Positions 19,113-27,191 of a stretch of DNA of 32,000 nt are shown one piece after another. The notes below the pieces were generated by a model. That model ran no database searches, was not told the origin of the DNA, and was given only the letters and a program-made list of their open reading frames with translations. Origin of the DNA: Desulfocapsa sulfexigens DSM 10523 (GTDB taxonomy: Bacteria; Desulfobacterota; Desulfobulbia; Desulfobulbales; Desulfocapsaceae); the NCBI RefSeq assembly GCF_000341395.1, contig NC_020304.1:90001-122000 (forward strand), in the 5' to 3' direction. The first letter of the stretch is position 1; each line of letters starts with the position of its first letter. The translations under genes were made by a program, and so were the position numbers.

Positions 19113-20189
19113 CTACACCTCCTCTTCCCTGTCCTGTTTTCCCCGGTTGACCAGCTGCTTCAAACGATGGCGGATATTCAGGCTTAAGATTCCGTTGGGC
19201 GCAAAGAGCATGATCAGAATCAGAATCAGACCAAAGACAGCATCATCGTAGGAGCCAAAAACACCGCGAAGGGAGAGGAAGTTAAGCACTATACCCATCA
19301 ACAGTGCCCCCCACAAATGAGCCATTCCGCCAACGGCAACTATGGCGACATAGCGGACGGACTTCATGACCCCGGCCTCGGATGGCCCTATCCCCCCATT
19401 GTAATGGGTGAGAAATACTCCGGCAACAGCAGCAAAAACAGCAGAGAGAACAAAGGTCTGTAATTTGAAACGGGAAGTGTTAACACCCATGGCATCGGCT
19501 GCCTCACCGGAGCCATGAATGCCGCGCAGCGCTCTGCCAACCCGGGAATCAATAAGGTTAAGGAGAAGCACCATACCGACAAGAAGCAGTCCCCAGGCAA
19601 TATAATAGTTAGCAACCCTGTCACTGAAATTACCACTGACACTCAAACCGGGGATAAGTACAAAGGCAGGAACCTCTGAGATGCCATCGGCTTCACCAAA
19701 ATACTCAAGCGCCAGCACTACCCGATAGATAATAATGCCAAATCCAAGCGTTGCCATGGCCAGATAATGCCCTTTGAGCTTCAGGACGGGAATACCAATT
19801 ATAACCGCAATAATAGCAGCAGTGCTGACGGCAACAATACATGCAGCCCAGGGAGAAACCACCAGCAGTGTTCCACCATAGAGATCCTGACCCGACATAA
19901 GCATCCCGGCAGAATTCAAAAAAACAACCAGAGCCGAGTCTTTATATGGAACAAGACTGTGGGTAGTGAGGGCTGCAGATATATAACCGCCAATGGCGAA
20001 GAAGCCGGCATGACCAAGAGATATCTGCCCGGCGTACCCCATAAGGACACAAAGTCCGATGATAAGCAGTGAATAGTAGGCTGACATGGTCATCTGGGTC
20101 AGATAGAACATGGTGTCGGTGGCACTGGTCAAAAAATGAATGCCAATAACCAGAGCAAGCAGTGGCAAAACCGATAGCAGCTTTTTCAT
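19113..20189 (-). CDS. livM: Branched-chain-type amino acid ABC transporter permease LivM
   Basis: Multi-TM protein; MGYAGQISLGHAGFFAIGGYISA and VKSVRYVAIVAVGGMAHLWGALLMG. Start moved from 20252 to the Met at 20189 (MKKLLSVLPLLAL). Confidence 0.92.
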   Translation of the reverse strand: MKKLLSVLPLLALVIGIHFLTSATDTMFYLTQMTMSAYYSLLIIGLCVLMGYAGQISLGHAGFFAIGGYISAALTTHSLVPYKDSALVVFLNSAGMLMSGQDLYGGTLLVVSPWAACIVAVSTAAIIAVIIGIPVLKLKGHYLAMATLGFGIIIYRVVLALEYFGEADGISEVPAFVLIPGLSVSGNFSDRVANYYIAWGLLLVGMVLLLNLIDSRVGRALRGIHGSGEAADAMGVNTSRFKLQTFVLSAVFAAVAGVFLTHYNGGIGPSEAGVMKSVRYVAIVAVGGMAHLWGALLMGIVLNFLSLRGVFGSYDDAVFGLILILIMLFAPNGILSLNIRHRLKQLVNRGKQDREEEV

Positions 20190-20193
20190 AATA

Positions 20194-21084
20194 TCAAAAC
20201 TCCGACAGTCCGGCTGCCTCTTTCGAACCAAACAACCCCTGGGGCCGTACAAAGAGAATGGTCAGAAGAATGGCAATGGAAATCGCATCCTGAAAAGCAA
20301 GCGGTACAACGGAAACAGAAAACGCCTCAATAACACCAAGGAGCAACCCTGCAGCAACTGCACCGCCCGAACTGCCGAGACCACCCAGGATGGCCACGGT
20401 AAAGCCCTTGATGGCAAGACCGGTTCCCATGTCATATTGACTGTAGGTGATAGGAGACATCACGCAACCGGCTAATGCTCCGATACCTGCACTCAGAATA
20501 AAAGAAAGGGTCACCATATTCTGGGTATTGATTCCGCAGAGTGTAGCCGCCTTACGATTGGAAGCACAGGCCCGCATTTCTCTACCCACTGAGGTGGTTT
20601 TAAAAAAGATACCAAGACCAATCACCATAAGTCCCGAGGCTGCGACAACCCACAGGACCTGTGGGGAAATATGAGCACCGAATATCACAAATGAAGTAAT
20701 TTCATTGCCAAAAAAATATGGCAGTGAACGGATGGACTCACCCCATACGTGAACCCCGACCTCACGGGAGAGAATGGAGATACCGATGGTAATAATAATC
20801 ATACGGAGGACAGAAGGAGACTTCAGCCAGCGGATAAAACAGATTTCTATCATTGCCCCGATAAGCATGGTTATAAGAACCGCTACGATGATTGCCATGG
20901 GCAGGGGCATAAACTGGAGGAGGCTGATTGCAATCATCCCTCCGAACATGACAAATTCACCCTGGGCAAAATTAATAATACCCGTAGTGTTATAAATAAT
21001 ATTAAACCCAATGGCGACAATGGCATAAATGGAGCCATAGGTAATACCTGCCATCAGGTATTGAATAAAAAGTTCAGTGGTCAT
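20194..21084 (-). CDS. livH: Branched-chain-type amino acid ABC transporter permease LivH
   Basis: MAGITYGSIYAIVAIGFNIIYNTTGIINFAQGEFVMFGGM and AILGGLGSSGGAVAAGLLLGVIEAF. Start placed at the Met at 21084 (MTTELFIQYLMAG). Confidence 0.94.
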   Translation of the reverse strand: MTTELFIQYLMAGITYGSIYAIVAIGFNIIYNTTGIINFAQGEFVMFGGMIAISLLQFMPLPMAIIVAVLITMLIGAMIEICFIRWLKSPSVLRMIIITIGISILSREVGVHVWGESIRSLPYFFGNEITSFVIFGAHISPQVLWVVAASGLMVIGLGIFFKTTSVGREMRACASNRKAATLCGINTQNMVTLSFILSAGIGALAGCVMSPITYSQYDMGTGLAIKGFTVAILGGLGSSGGAVAAGLLLGVIEAFSVSVVPLAFQDAISIAILLTILFVRPQGLFGSKEAAGLSEF

Positions 21085-21095
21085 GAGAAAACAGG

Positions 21096-21169
21096 GTAAG
21101 CAATCACAGACACAGTAATTCAGCACCAGAACGATGCCAGAAAATACTACTGTTCCTGTGATTGCTTAC
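21096..21169 (-). promoter_or_regulatory. Perfect 14-bp inverted repeat upstream of livH
   Basis: GTAAGCAATCACAG (21096-21109) and CTGTGATTGCTTAC (21156-21169), 46-nt loop, in the livK-livH spacer. Confidence 0.7.
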
Positions 21170-21211
21170 AACTTTGGCATGTGTTTATTTCAGATTTCAA
21201 CCCGGCGTAAC

Positions 21212-21248
21212 AAACAAAACCGGACTGAAAAAAAATCATCCAGTCCGG
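21212..21248 (-). terminator. Terminator-like hairpin downstream of livK
   Basis: CCGGACTG (21220-21227) ... CAGTCCGG (21241-21248). Read on the minus strand, the stem is followed by TTTTGTTTG. Confidence 0.65.
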
Positions 21249-21275
21249 CTGCTCTACACTATCAAAGCCCCTGGA

Positions 21276-22424
21276 TTACTTCCCAGTATAGGCAACAAAC
21301 TTTCCGTCCTTAACAGTCAGCATCTGGAAAGCATCTATATCAAGACCATTATGATCTTCAGCGGAGAAGTTGAAAACACCACCGGTTCCAGCAAATCCCT
21401 TAAGGTTCTCAATTGCATCACGCACCTTATCCCGGTCATTACCGCCTTCGGCGATAGCTGCGGCAAGGATCGTGATAGCGTCATAGCCATGACCACCGAA
21501 GGTGGATGCAGGCTCGTTGAACTTTGCCTCATAATTTTTCTTATATTCCATCAGAAGTGCTTTCTGTGGATTATCATCGGCAAGACTCTCAGCAATGAGA
21601 AGGCGTCCCGCAGGGAAGATAATTCCCTCAGCAGCAGCACCAGCAGCCTGTACATATTTAATATTTCCAAAGCCATGACTCTGAAACAGAGGTACTTCCC
21701 AACCAGCCTGACGCATGTTCTTGGCAACAATGGCCTGAGCTGGAACGATAGACCAGTTCACAACCGCCTGGACATCCTTGTTGGCTTTAATTTTGGCAAC
21801 TACAGCAGAAAGATCGTTGGATTTTTTGTCATAAACCTCAACTTCAACGACTTCAATACCAAATTCTGGAGCAATAGCTAAAAGCTGTCCCTTTCCAGCC
21901 TGTCCAAAACCAGTATTTCCAGCAAGAACCGCGATCTTTGAAATGCCTAATTTGTTCATCTCCATAAAGATCTTTTTAGCAGCAAAAGAATCTTTCTGGG
22001 GAGTTTTGAAAACATAGGAGGCAACGGGGTCAACAATAACCTCGGCAGCACCACAGGAAAGCAGTGGAGTTTTTGCTTCCTGACAGATGTTTTTTATTTT
22101 CATGGTCTCGCCGGAAGTGGAAGGTCCGATAATTGCCAGGACCTTTTCTTCTTCAATCAGCTGTTTGGCAAAAGAAATTGCTTTTTCAGGACTTCCCGCT
22201 GAATCCTTAATGATCAGTTCAATTGTGTTACCGTTGATTCCGCCTTTGGCATTGATATCTTCAACCATCATTTCCAGGCTGCGAGCCTCAGGGCCTCCAA
22301 GGAAAGAAGCGCCACCGGTAACAGCAAGAATAGCTCCGACTTTGATATTCTCAGCAAGAGCAGGCGCCACACATAAAGCGACGGCCACAACTGCCATGAG
22401 AAGTTTTGATGCAAATTTTTTCAT
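21276..22424 (-). CDS. livK: Periplasmic amino-acid-binding protein (LivJ/LivK-like)
   Basis: Signal peptide MKKFASKLLMAVVAVALCVAPALA, then IKVGAILAVTGGASFLGGPEARSLEMMVEDINAKGGINGN...LIIKDSAGSPEKAI..., typical of family 1/4 binding proteins. The ORF allows a start at 22436. Confidence 0.92.
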   Translation of the reverse strand: MKKFASKLLMAVVAVALCVAPALAENIKVGAILAVTGGASFLGGPEARSLEMMVEDINAKGGINGNTIELIIKDSAGSPEKAISFAKQLIEEEKVLAIIGPSTSGETMKIKNICQEAKTPLLSCGAAEVIVDPVASYVFKTPQKDSFAAKKIFMEMNKLGISKIAVLAGNTGFGQAGKGQLLAIAPEFGIEVVEVEVYDKKSNDLSAVVAKIKANKDVQAVVNWSIVPAQAIVAKNMRQAGWEVPLFQSHGFGNIKYVQAAGAAAEGIIFPAGRLLIAESLADDNPQKALLMEYKKNYEAKFNEPASTFGGHGYDAITILAAAIAEGGNDRDKVRDAIENLKGFAGTGGVFNFSAEDHNGLDIDAFQMLTVKDGKFVAYTGK

Positions 22425-22567
22425 CTTTTCCCCCAATTAAATAATGTACGACAGTGCCTTGTTGCAACTGCCACCAAACTACCGTTTCACTACAAATATA
22501 AGTCTATCCAGTTTTTCTCTTACCTGGATTCCGTGCATTTTTTCTTCCTTCTGGACTTCGACCTCAC

Positions 22568-22999
22568 CTACAATGCACAAATTTGCTCACCGCTTAATAT
22601 TGTATAGCCGGTACGCTGTAAAGACTCGATGGCCTTATCCATATCATCAAAACGGAAAATAAGTACTGCATTTTCTCCAGTTTTATTGACAAATGCATAC
22701 ATATACTCAACATTGAGTTTTTCTGCTTCTATGGTTTTCAGAACACCGGCAAGACCACCGGTCTTATCGGCCACTTCAACAGCAATAACATTGGTGATAC
22801 CAACCGTAAAGCCATTGGATTTCAGAGTTTTTTTGGCCTTTTCAACGTTATCAACGATAAGACGGAGGATACCGAAATCAGCAGTATCGGCAACCGACAG
22901 GGCCCGAATGTTAATATTTTCTTCAGCCAGTCTAGCGGTGATCTCAGCCAGACGCCCCGATTTGTTCTCTAAAAATACTGCAATCTGTTCTACCCGCAT
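22568..22999 (-). CDS. Tandem ACT-domain protein
   Basis: 143 aa with two ACT modules: [45 protein letters not shown] and [33 protein letters not shown]. Confidence 0.88.
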   Translation of the reverse strand: MRVEQIAVFLENKSGRLAEITARLAEENINIRALSVADTADFGILRLIVDNVEKAKKTLKSNGFTVGITNVIAVEVADKTGGLAGVLKTIEAEKLNVEYMYAFVNKTGENAVLIFRFDDMDKAIESLQRTGYTILSGEQICAL

Positions 23000-23015
23000 T
23001 TTAAATCCTCCGGAC

Positions 23016-24323
23016 TTATAGTTTTCTATTGTCGATTACCCGCTGCGCCTTTCCTTCACTGCGCTGGATAGTTCTGGGTTCCACCAGTTTTACCCGACAG
23101 GTAACACCCAGCATATCCTTGATATCCATCTGAATACGCTTGGTCAGATTTTCCAGAGCCTTAATTTCATCGGAAAAGATATCCTCGCTGACTTCGACCT
23201 CGACCGCCATGGTGTCCATATTGCCTTCACGATTCACTACAATCTGGTAGTGAGGCTCAACCCCCTCAGTTCCCATAAGGACGTGCTCAATCTGGGATGG
23301 GAAAACATTGACGCCGCGAATAATTAACATATCATCGGTCCGCCCGGTCACTTTTTCCATACGAACCAGAGTTCGTCCACAGGCACAGGTGTCATACATC
23401 AACCTGGATATGTCCTTGGTCCGGTAGCGGATAATAGGAAACGCTTCCTTGGTAAGGGTGGTAAATACCAGCTCACCCTTTTCACCGGGAGGCAGTACCT
23501 CTCCGGTATCGGGATCTATGATTTCAGGTAAAAAATGATCCTCAAAAACATGCATCCCCTTCTCGCCTTCAAGACACTGCATGGAAACGCCCGGCCCCAT
23601 AACCTCGGAAAGACCATAGATATCAACGGCCTTGATGTTCAATTTGCGTTCAACCTCATCACGCATATTTTCGCTCCAGGGTTCCGCGCCAAAAACTCCG
23701 ACACGAAGAGAGAGAGACCTTGGATCAACGTCAAGTGTTTCCATGGTCTCAGCAAGATTGAGAGCATAGGAGGGAGTGGCAAGGAGAACACTCGATTTAA
23801 AATCCTTCATGATGGTGATCTGACGTTTTGTGTTTCCACCAGACACCGGGATAACAGTTGCCCCAAGGCGTTCAATTCCATAGTGAGCACCAAGACCACC
23901 GGTGAACAGTCCGTAACCGTAAGCATTATGGACCATATCCTTGGCAGTCACTCCCGCAAGAGTAAGTGCCCGGGCCATAAGGCCTGACCAGGTTTCAAGA
24001 TCCTTTTTTGTGTAGCCGACAACCGTCGGCTTCCCGGTGGTTCCGGAGGATGCATGTACTCGAACAACCTGATCCATTGGCACGGTAAAGAGACCAAAGG
24101 GGTAATTATCTCGGAGATCTTCTTTGACAGTAAACGGAAGCTTTGCGAGATCAGCCAGGGATTGGATGTCTTCTGGTTTCACACCGGCAGCATCCATCTT
24201 TTCCCGGTATGGCGCAACGGTCTTATAAACCCGTGCCACCAGATGCTGAAGGCGTTTCAGCTGAATAGACTCCAGGCCGACGCGCGGCAGGGTCTCCATC
24301 TCCTCTTCCCAATATAGTGTCAT
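23016..24323 (-). CDS. paaK: Phenylacetate-CoA ligase family AMP-forming enzyme (copy 2)
   Basis: [79 protein letters not shown] and [20 protein letters not shown]. Likely start is the second Met ([14 protein letters not shown]). Confidence 0.94.
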   Translation of the reverse strand: MTLYWEEEMETLPRVGLESIQLKRLQHLVARVYKTVAPYREKMDAAGVKPEDIQSLADLAKLPFTVKEDLRDNYPFGLFTVPMDQVVRVHASSGTTGKPTVVGYTKKDLETWSGLMARALTLAGVTAKDMVHNAYGYGLFTGGLGAHYGIERLGATVIPVSGGNTKRQITIMKDFKSSVLLATPSYALNLAETMETLDVDPRSLSLRVGVFGAEPWSENMRDEVERKLNIKAVDIYGLSEVMGPGVSMQCLEGEKGMHVFEDHFLPEIIDPDTGEVLPPGEKGELVFTTLTKEAFPIIRYRTKDISRLMYDTCACGRTLVRMEKVTGRTDDMLIIRGVNVFPSQIEHVLMGTEGVEPHYQIVVNREGNMDTMAVEVEVSEDIFSDEIKALENLTKRIQMDIKDMLGVTCRVKLVEPRTIQRSEGKAQRVIDNRKL

Positions 24324-24351
24324 GACCAACTCTCTCCAGTAGAATTTTTAC

Positions 24352-24933
24352 TCAGGCAGTAATTTTTCTGCCTGCAGCAAATGCTTTCATATTTACTTCA
24401 CGAAACCTTTCAGGAATCCTGGTGTTAATGATGTTTTCATAGACCTCAACACCCATGGGCAAGAAGGCGGACATGGCTCCAACCATGACAATATTAGCCG
24501 CCTTAACTTCGCCAGCATCACGTGCGATATCGAAGGCATCGACACTTACCACCTGAATTCCCAGTGAACTGACAGCATCGAGCACATTCGCAGGATACGG
24601 TACCTGTCCCATGGCCACACTCGGCGGTTTAATCTGTTGGGTATTGACAATCACTTTACTCTCCTGGTGGAGGTAGGGAAGATACCGTGCAGCCTCCATC
24701 ATCTCAAAAGAGATCAGGATATCAGCCTTGCCGGGTTCAATAAGCGGTGAGTACACCTTATCCCCGTAACGCAACTGGGCGGTAACCGACCCGCCACGCT
24801 GGGCCATCCCGTGCACCTCACTCTTCTTGGCATCATACCCTGCGGCAAGCAGGGCATAGGCTGTCACCTCACTGGCAAGGAGAATTCCCTGTCCACCCAC
24901 TCCGGAAAAAAGAATATTACCTGTTGCTGCCAT
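24352..24933 (-). CDS. iorB: Indolepyruvate:ferredoxin oxidoreductase, beta subunit
   Basis: 193 aa; NILFSGVGGQGILLASEVTAYALLAAGYDAKKSEVHGMAQRGGSVTAQLRYG. Confidence 0.94.
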   Translation of the reverse strand: MAATGNILFSGVGGQGILLASEVTAYALLAAGYDAKKSEVHGMAQRGGSVTAQLRYGDKVYSPLIEPGKADILISFEMMEAARYLPYLHQESKVIVNTQQIKPPSVAMGQVPYPANVLDAVSSLGIQVVSVDAFDIARDAGEVKAANIVMVGAMSAFLPMGVEVYENIINTRIPERFREVNMKAFAAGRKITA

Positions 24934-24937
24934 TTAT

Positions 24938-26743
24938 CTATTCTCCCTTCCTGTTGATTGCTTCAAATTTACATAGGGCTGCACACTGGCCACACCCGTT
25001 GCACTGTACTTCATTGATCACCGCAAAACCCTTCTGTTTTTCTTTATACCCTTTTGCCACTGCTTCCTGGGACGTAATATTTGTCCAACTGATGGCAGGA
25101 CAACCAAGCTTCACACAGGCCATGCAGCCTGCGCAGTTTTCAGTCTTTGTTGAATAGGGATTATGTGGTGCATTTTTAATTTCAGGCAGCAACACACAGG
25201 GTGCCCTTGAGATAACCACTGCCATCTCATCAAGAGCCAATGCTGTCTGCAACGCCTTTTTACACTCGGCAATATCATGAGGATTAACCGTTTCCACATG
25301 CTTGACACCAACTGCCCTGCACAGGGCCTCAAGGTCGATGGCATTTGCCGCCTCACCTTTTATATTGCAGCCGGATGCCGGATTGTTCTGCTGACCGGTC
25401 ATGGCGGTAATCCTGTTATCAAGGATCACAAGAACCGTTCGGGAGTCATTATAGACTGAGTTAATCAGACCATTTATTCCGGTATGGACAAAGGTAGAGT
25501 CACCGATCACGGAAACAAGCCTTCCCTTTCCTTCATCTCCCAAAGCCTTAGCCATTCCGTGGGCAATCGTTACCGACGCCCCCATACAGACACAGGAATC
25601 CATGGCTGAAAGCGGTGGCAGAAAACCCAGGGTGTAACAGCCGATATCACCTGACACAAAAATATCTTTCATCTTGGAGAGATTGTAGAATACTCCTCGA
25701 TGAGGACAACCGGCACACATATTTGGTGGCCGCATGGGAAGCTCTGCCGGAGCAAACAGTACCGGGGCTGAATCCGGATCAATGGCGGTTCGCACGATGG
25801 AGGTATTAAGTTCTCCCTGGTTTGGAATAAGATCCTTACCGTGACACTCTACTCCCATGGCTTTAATGTGATGTTCAAGGAAGGGGTCAAGTTCTTCCAC
25901 AACAAAAAGCTCATCCACGCTTGCGGCAAATGCTTTAATTTTCTTTTCGGGAAGCGGCCAGCTCATGCCAAGCTTCAAGACTGTAGCTTCCGGAAATGCC
26001 TCTTTCACGTAGAGGTACGCAACACCACCAGTAATAAAACCGCGTTTGGTATCACCAGGCTCCACCTTGTTAAAGGTATCACTTTCTGCAACTTCCGTGA
26101 GCTGTGCCATGCGCTCTTCAACAATTTTGCGACGATTACGGGCATTGCCGGGAAGCATAACAATTTTGGCAGGTGCCTTCTCAATTCCGCAGACTGCAGA
26201 GGATTTTCTCATATCCCCCTTACTGAGCACTCCCTTCACATGGGCCACACGGGTGGTTATACGAAACAGAACCGGAGTGTCAAACTTTTCAGACAGTTCA
26301 AAGGCATCTTTCAGTAGCTCTTTTGCTTCGGCCGGCTCGGATGGTTCCAGCATGGGGAGCTTGGCTGCATACGCGTAATTACGATTATCCTGTTCATTCT
26401 GAGATGAGTGCATCTCGGGATCATCGGCAGTAAGGACAACCAGACCACCGCGAACCCCAGTATATGAGACAGTAAACAACGGATCCGCAGCCACATTGAC
26501 ACCAACATGCTTCATGGTTGCAAAGGCTCTTGCCCCGGCAAAAGAGGCACCGATTGCGACCTCGAGACCAACTTTCTCGTTGGGGGCCCATTCGGTATAC
26601 ACACCTTCGTATTTGGAGAGATTCTCCATGATTTCGGTCGATGGCGTTCCGGGATAGCCGGAGGCGACTGTAACTCCTGCCTCATAAGCAGCCATGGCAA
26701 TGGCTTCGTTCCCGGACATCCAGAGTGAATTGCTGTCTGTCAC
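24938..26743 (-). CDS. iorA: Indolepyruvate:ferredoxin oxidoreductase, alpha subunit, with C-terminal ferredoxin domain
   Basis: 601 aa; GNEAIAMAAYEAGVTVASGYPGTPSTEI, GDIGCYTLG, GDSTFVHTGINGLINSVYN, DNRITAMTGQQNNPASG, and CAGCMACVKLGCPAISW...CNGCGQCAALCKFEAI. Confidence 0.96.
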   Translation of the reverse strand: MTDSNSLWMSGNEAIAMAAYEAGVTVASGYPGTPSTEIMENLSKYEGVYTEWAPNEKVGLEVAIGASFAGARAFATMKHVGVNVAADPLFTVSYTGVRGGLVVLTADDPEMHSSQNEQDNRNYAYAAKLPMLEPSEPAEAKELLKDAFELSEKFDTPVLFRITTRVAHVKGVLSKGDMRKSSAVCGIEKAPAKIVMLPGNARNRRKIVEERMAQLTEVAESDTFNKVEPGDTKRGFITGGVAYLYVKEAFPEATVLKLGMSWPLPEKKIKAFAASVDELFVVEELDPFLEHHIKAMGVECHGKDLIPNQGELNTSIVRTAIDPDSAPVLFAPAELPMRPPNMCAGCPHRGVFYNLSKMKDIFVSGDIGCYTLGFLPPLSAMDSCVCMGASVTIAHGMAKALGDEGKGRLVSVIGDSTFVHTGINGLINSVYNDSRTVLVILDNRITAMTGQQNNPASGCNIKGEAANAIDLEALCRAVGVKHVETVNPHDIAECKKALQTALALDEMAVVISRAPCVLLPEIKNAPHNPYSTKTENCAGCMACVKLGCPAISWTNITSQEAVAKGYKEKQKGFAVINEVQCNGCGQCAALCKFEAINRKGE

Positions 26744-27059
26744 TTTCTCACCTGTTACTGTTTATAGTTTTTTGATCAATTGCCCTGTCCGATAGAATAA
26801 TAGAAATAGCACCTAAGGTTTTCCACCTGCAGCAGACATAAAAAGTTCTTTGCAAAAGTATGACAAACTACCCTGAAAACCAGCCATCAGGCAAGTTTTT
26901 TTTCAATTTAAAAAGTTGTAATTTTAGTATCTTTTTTTTTGAACATTTACCTCTAACAAGCTGCATACGTGGGAAAGAGAAAACCCAACTGTTCGAAGTT
27001 TCAGGTATTTCGCATTCATTAAAGCAAATAAGTTTTTAACTAAGTTGTAAAAAAAATAC

Positions 27060-27088
27060 TTGACGAATAGCAACTTCAGCGCTACCAA
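27060..27088 (+). promoter_or_regulatory. Candidate promoter for the SulP gene
   Basis: TTGACG, 17-bp spacer, TACCAA, about 100 bp upstream of the ORF start. The -10 match is weak. Confidence 0.25.
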
Positions 27089-27191
27089 TCGCCTAGAAAA
27101 TTCGACTGAATCACCATTCAGCCTCTTCACATAGATCGTTTTTTTATAGAACCCACACACATCAAACTTCTACCACAAAGAGTCCACACCT

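Noticed and set aside
21162-21881. Plus-strand 239-aa ORF overlapping livK and the livK-livH spacer
   Set aside because: Lies mostly opposite a convincing periplasmic binding protein. Its sequence has no recognisable motifs and crosses the terminator-like hairpin.
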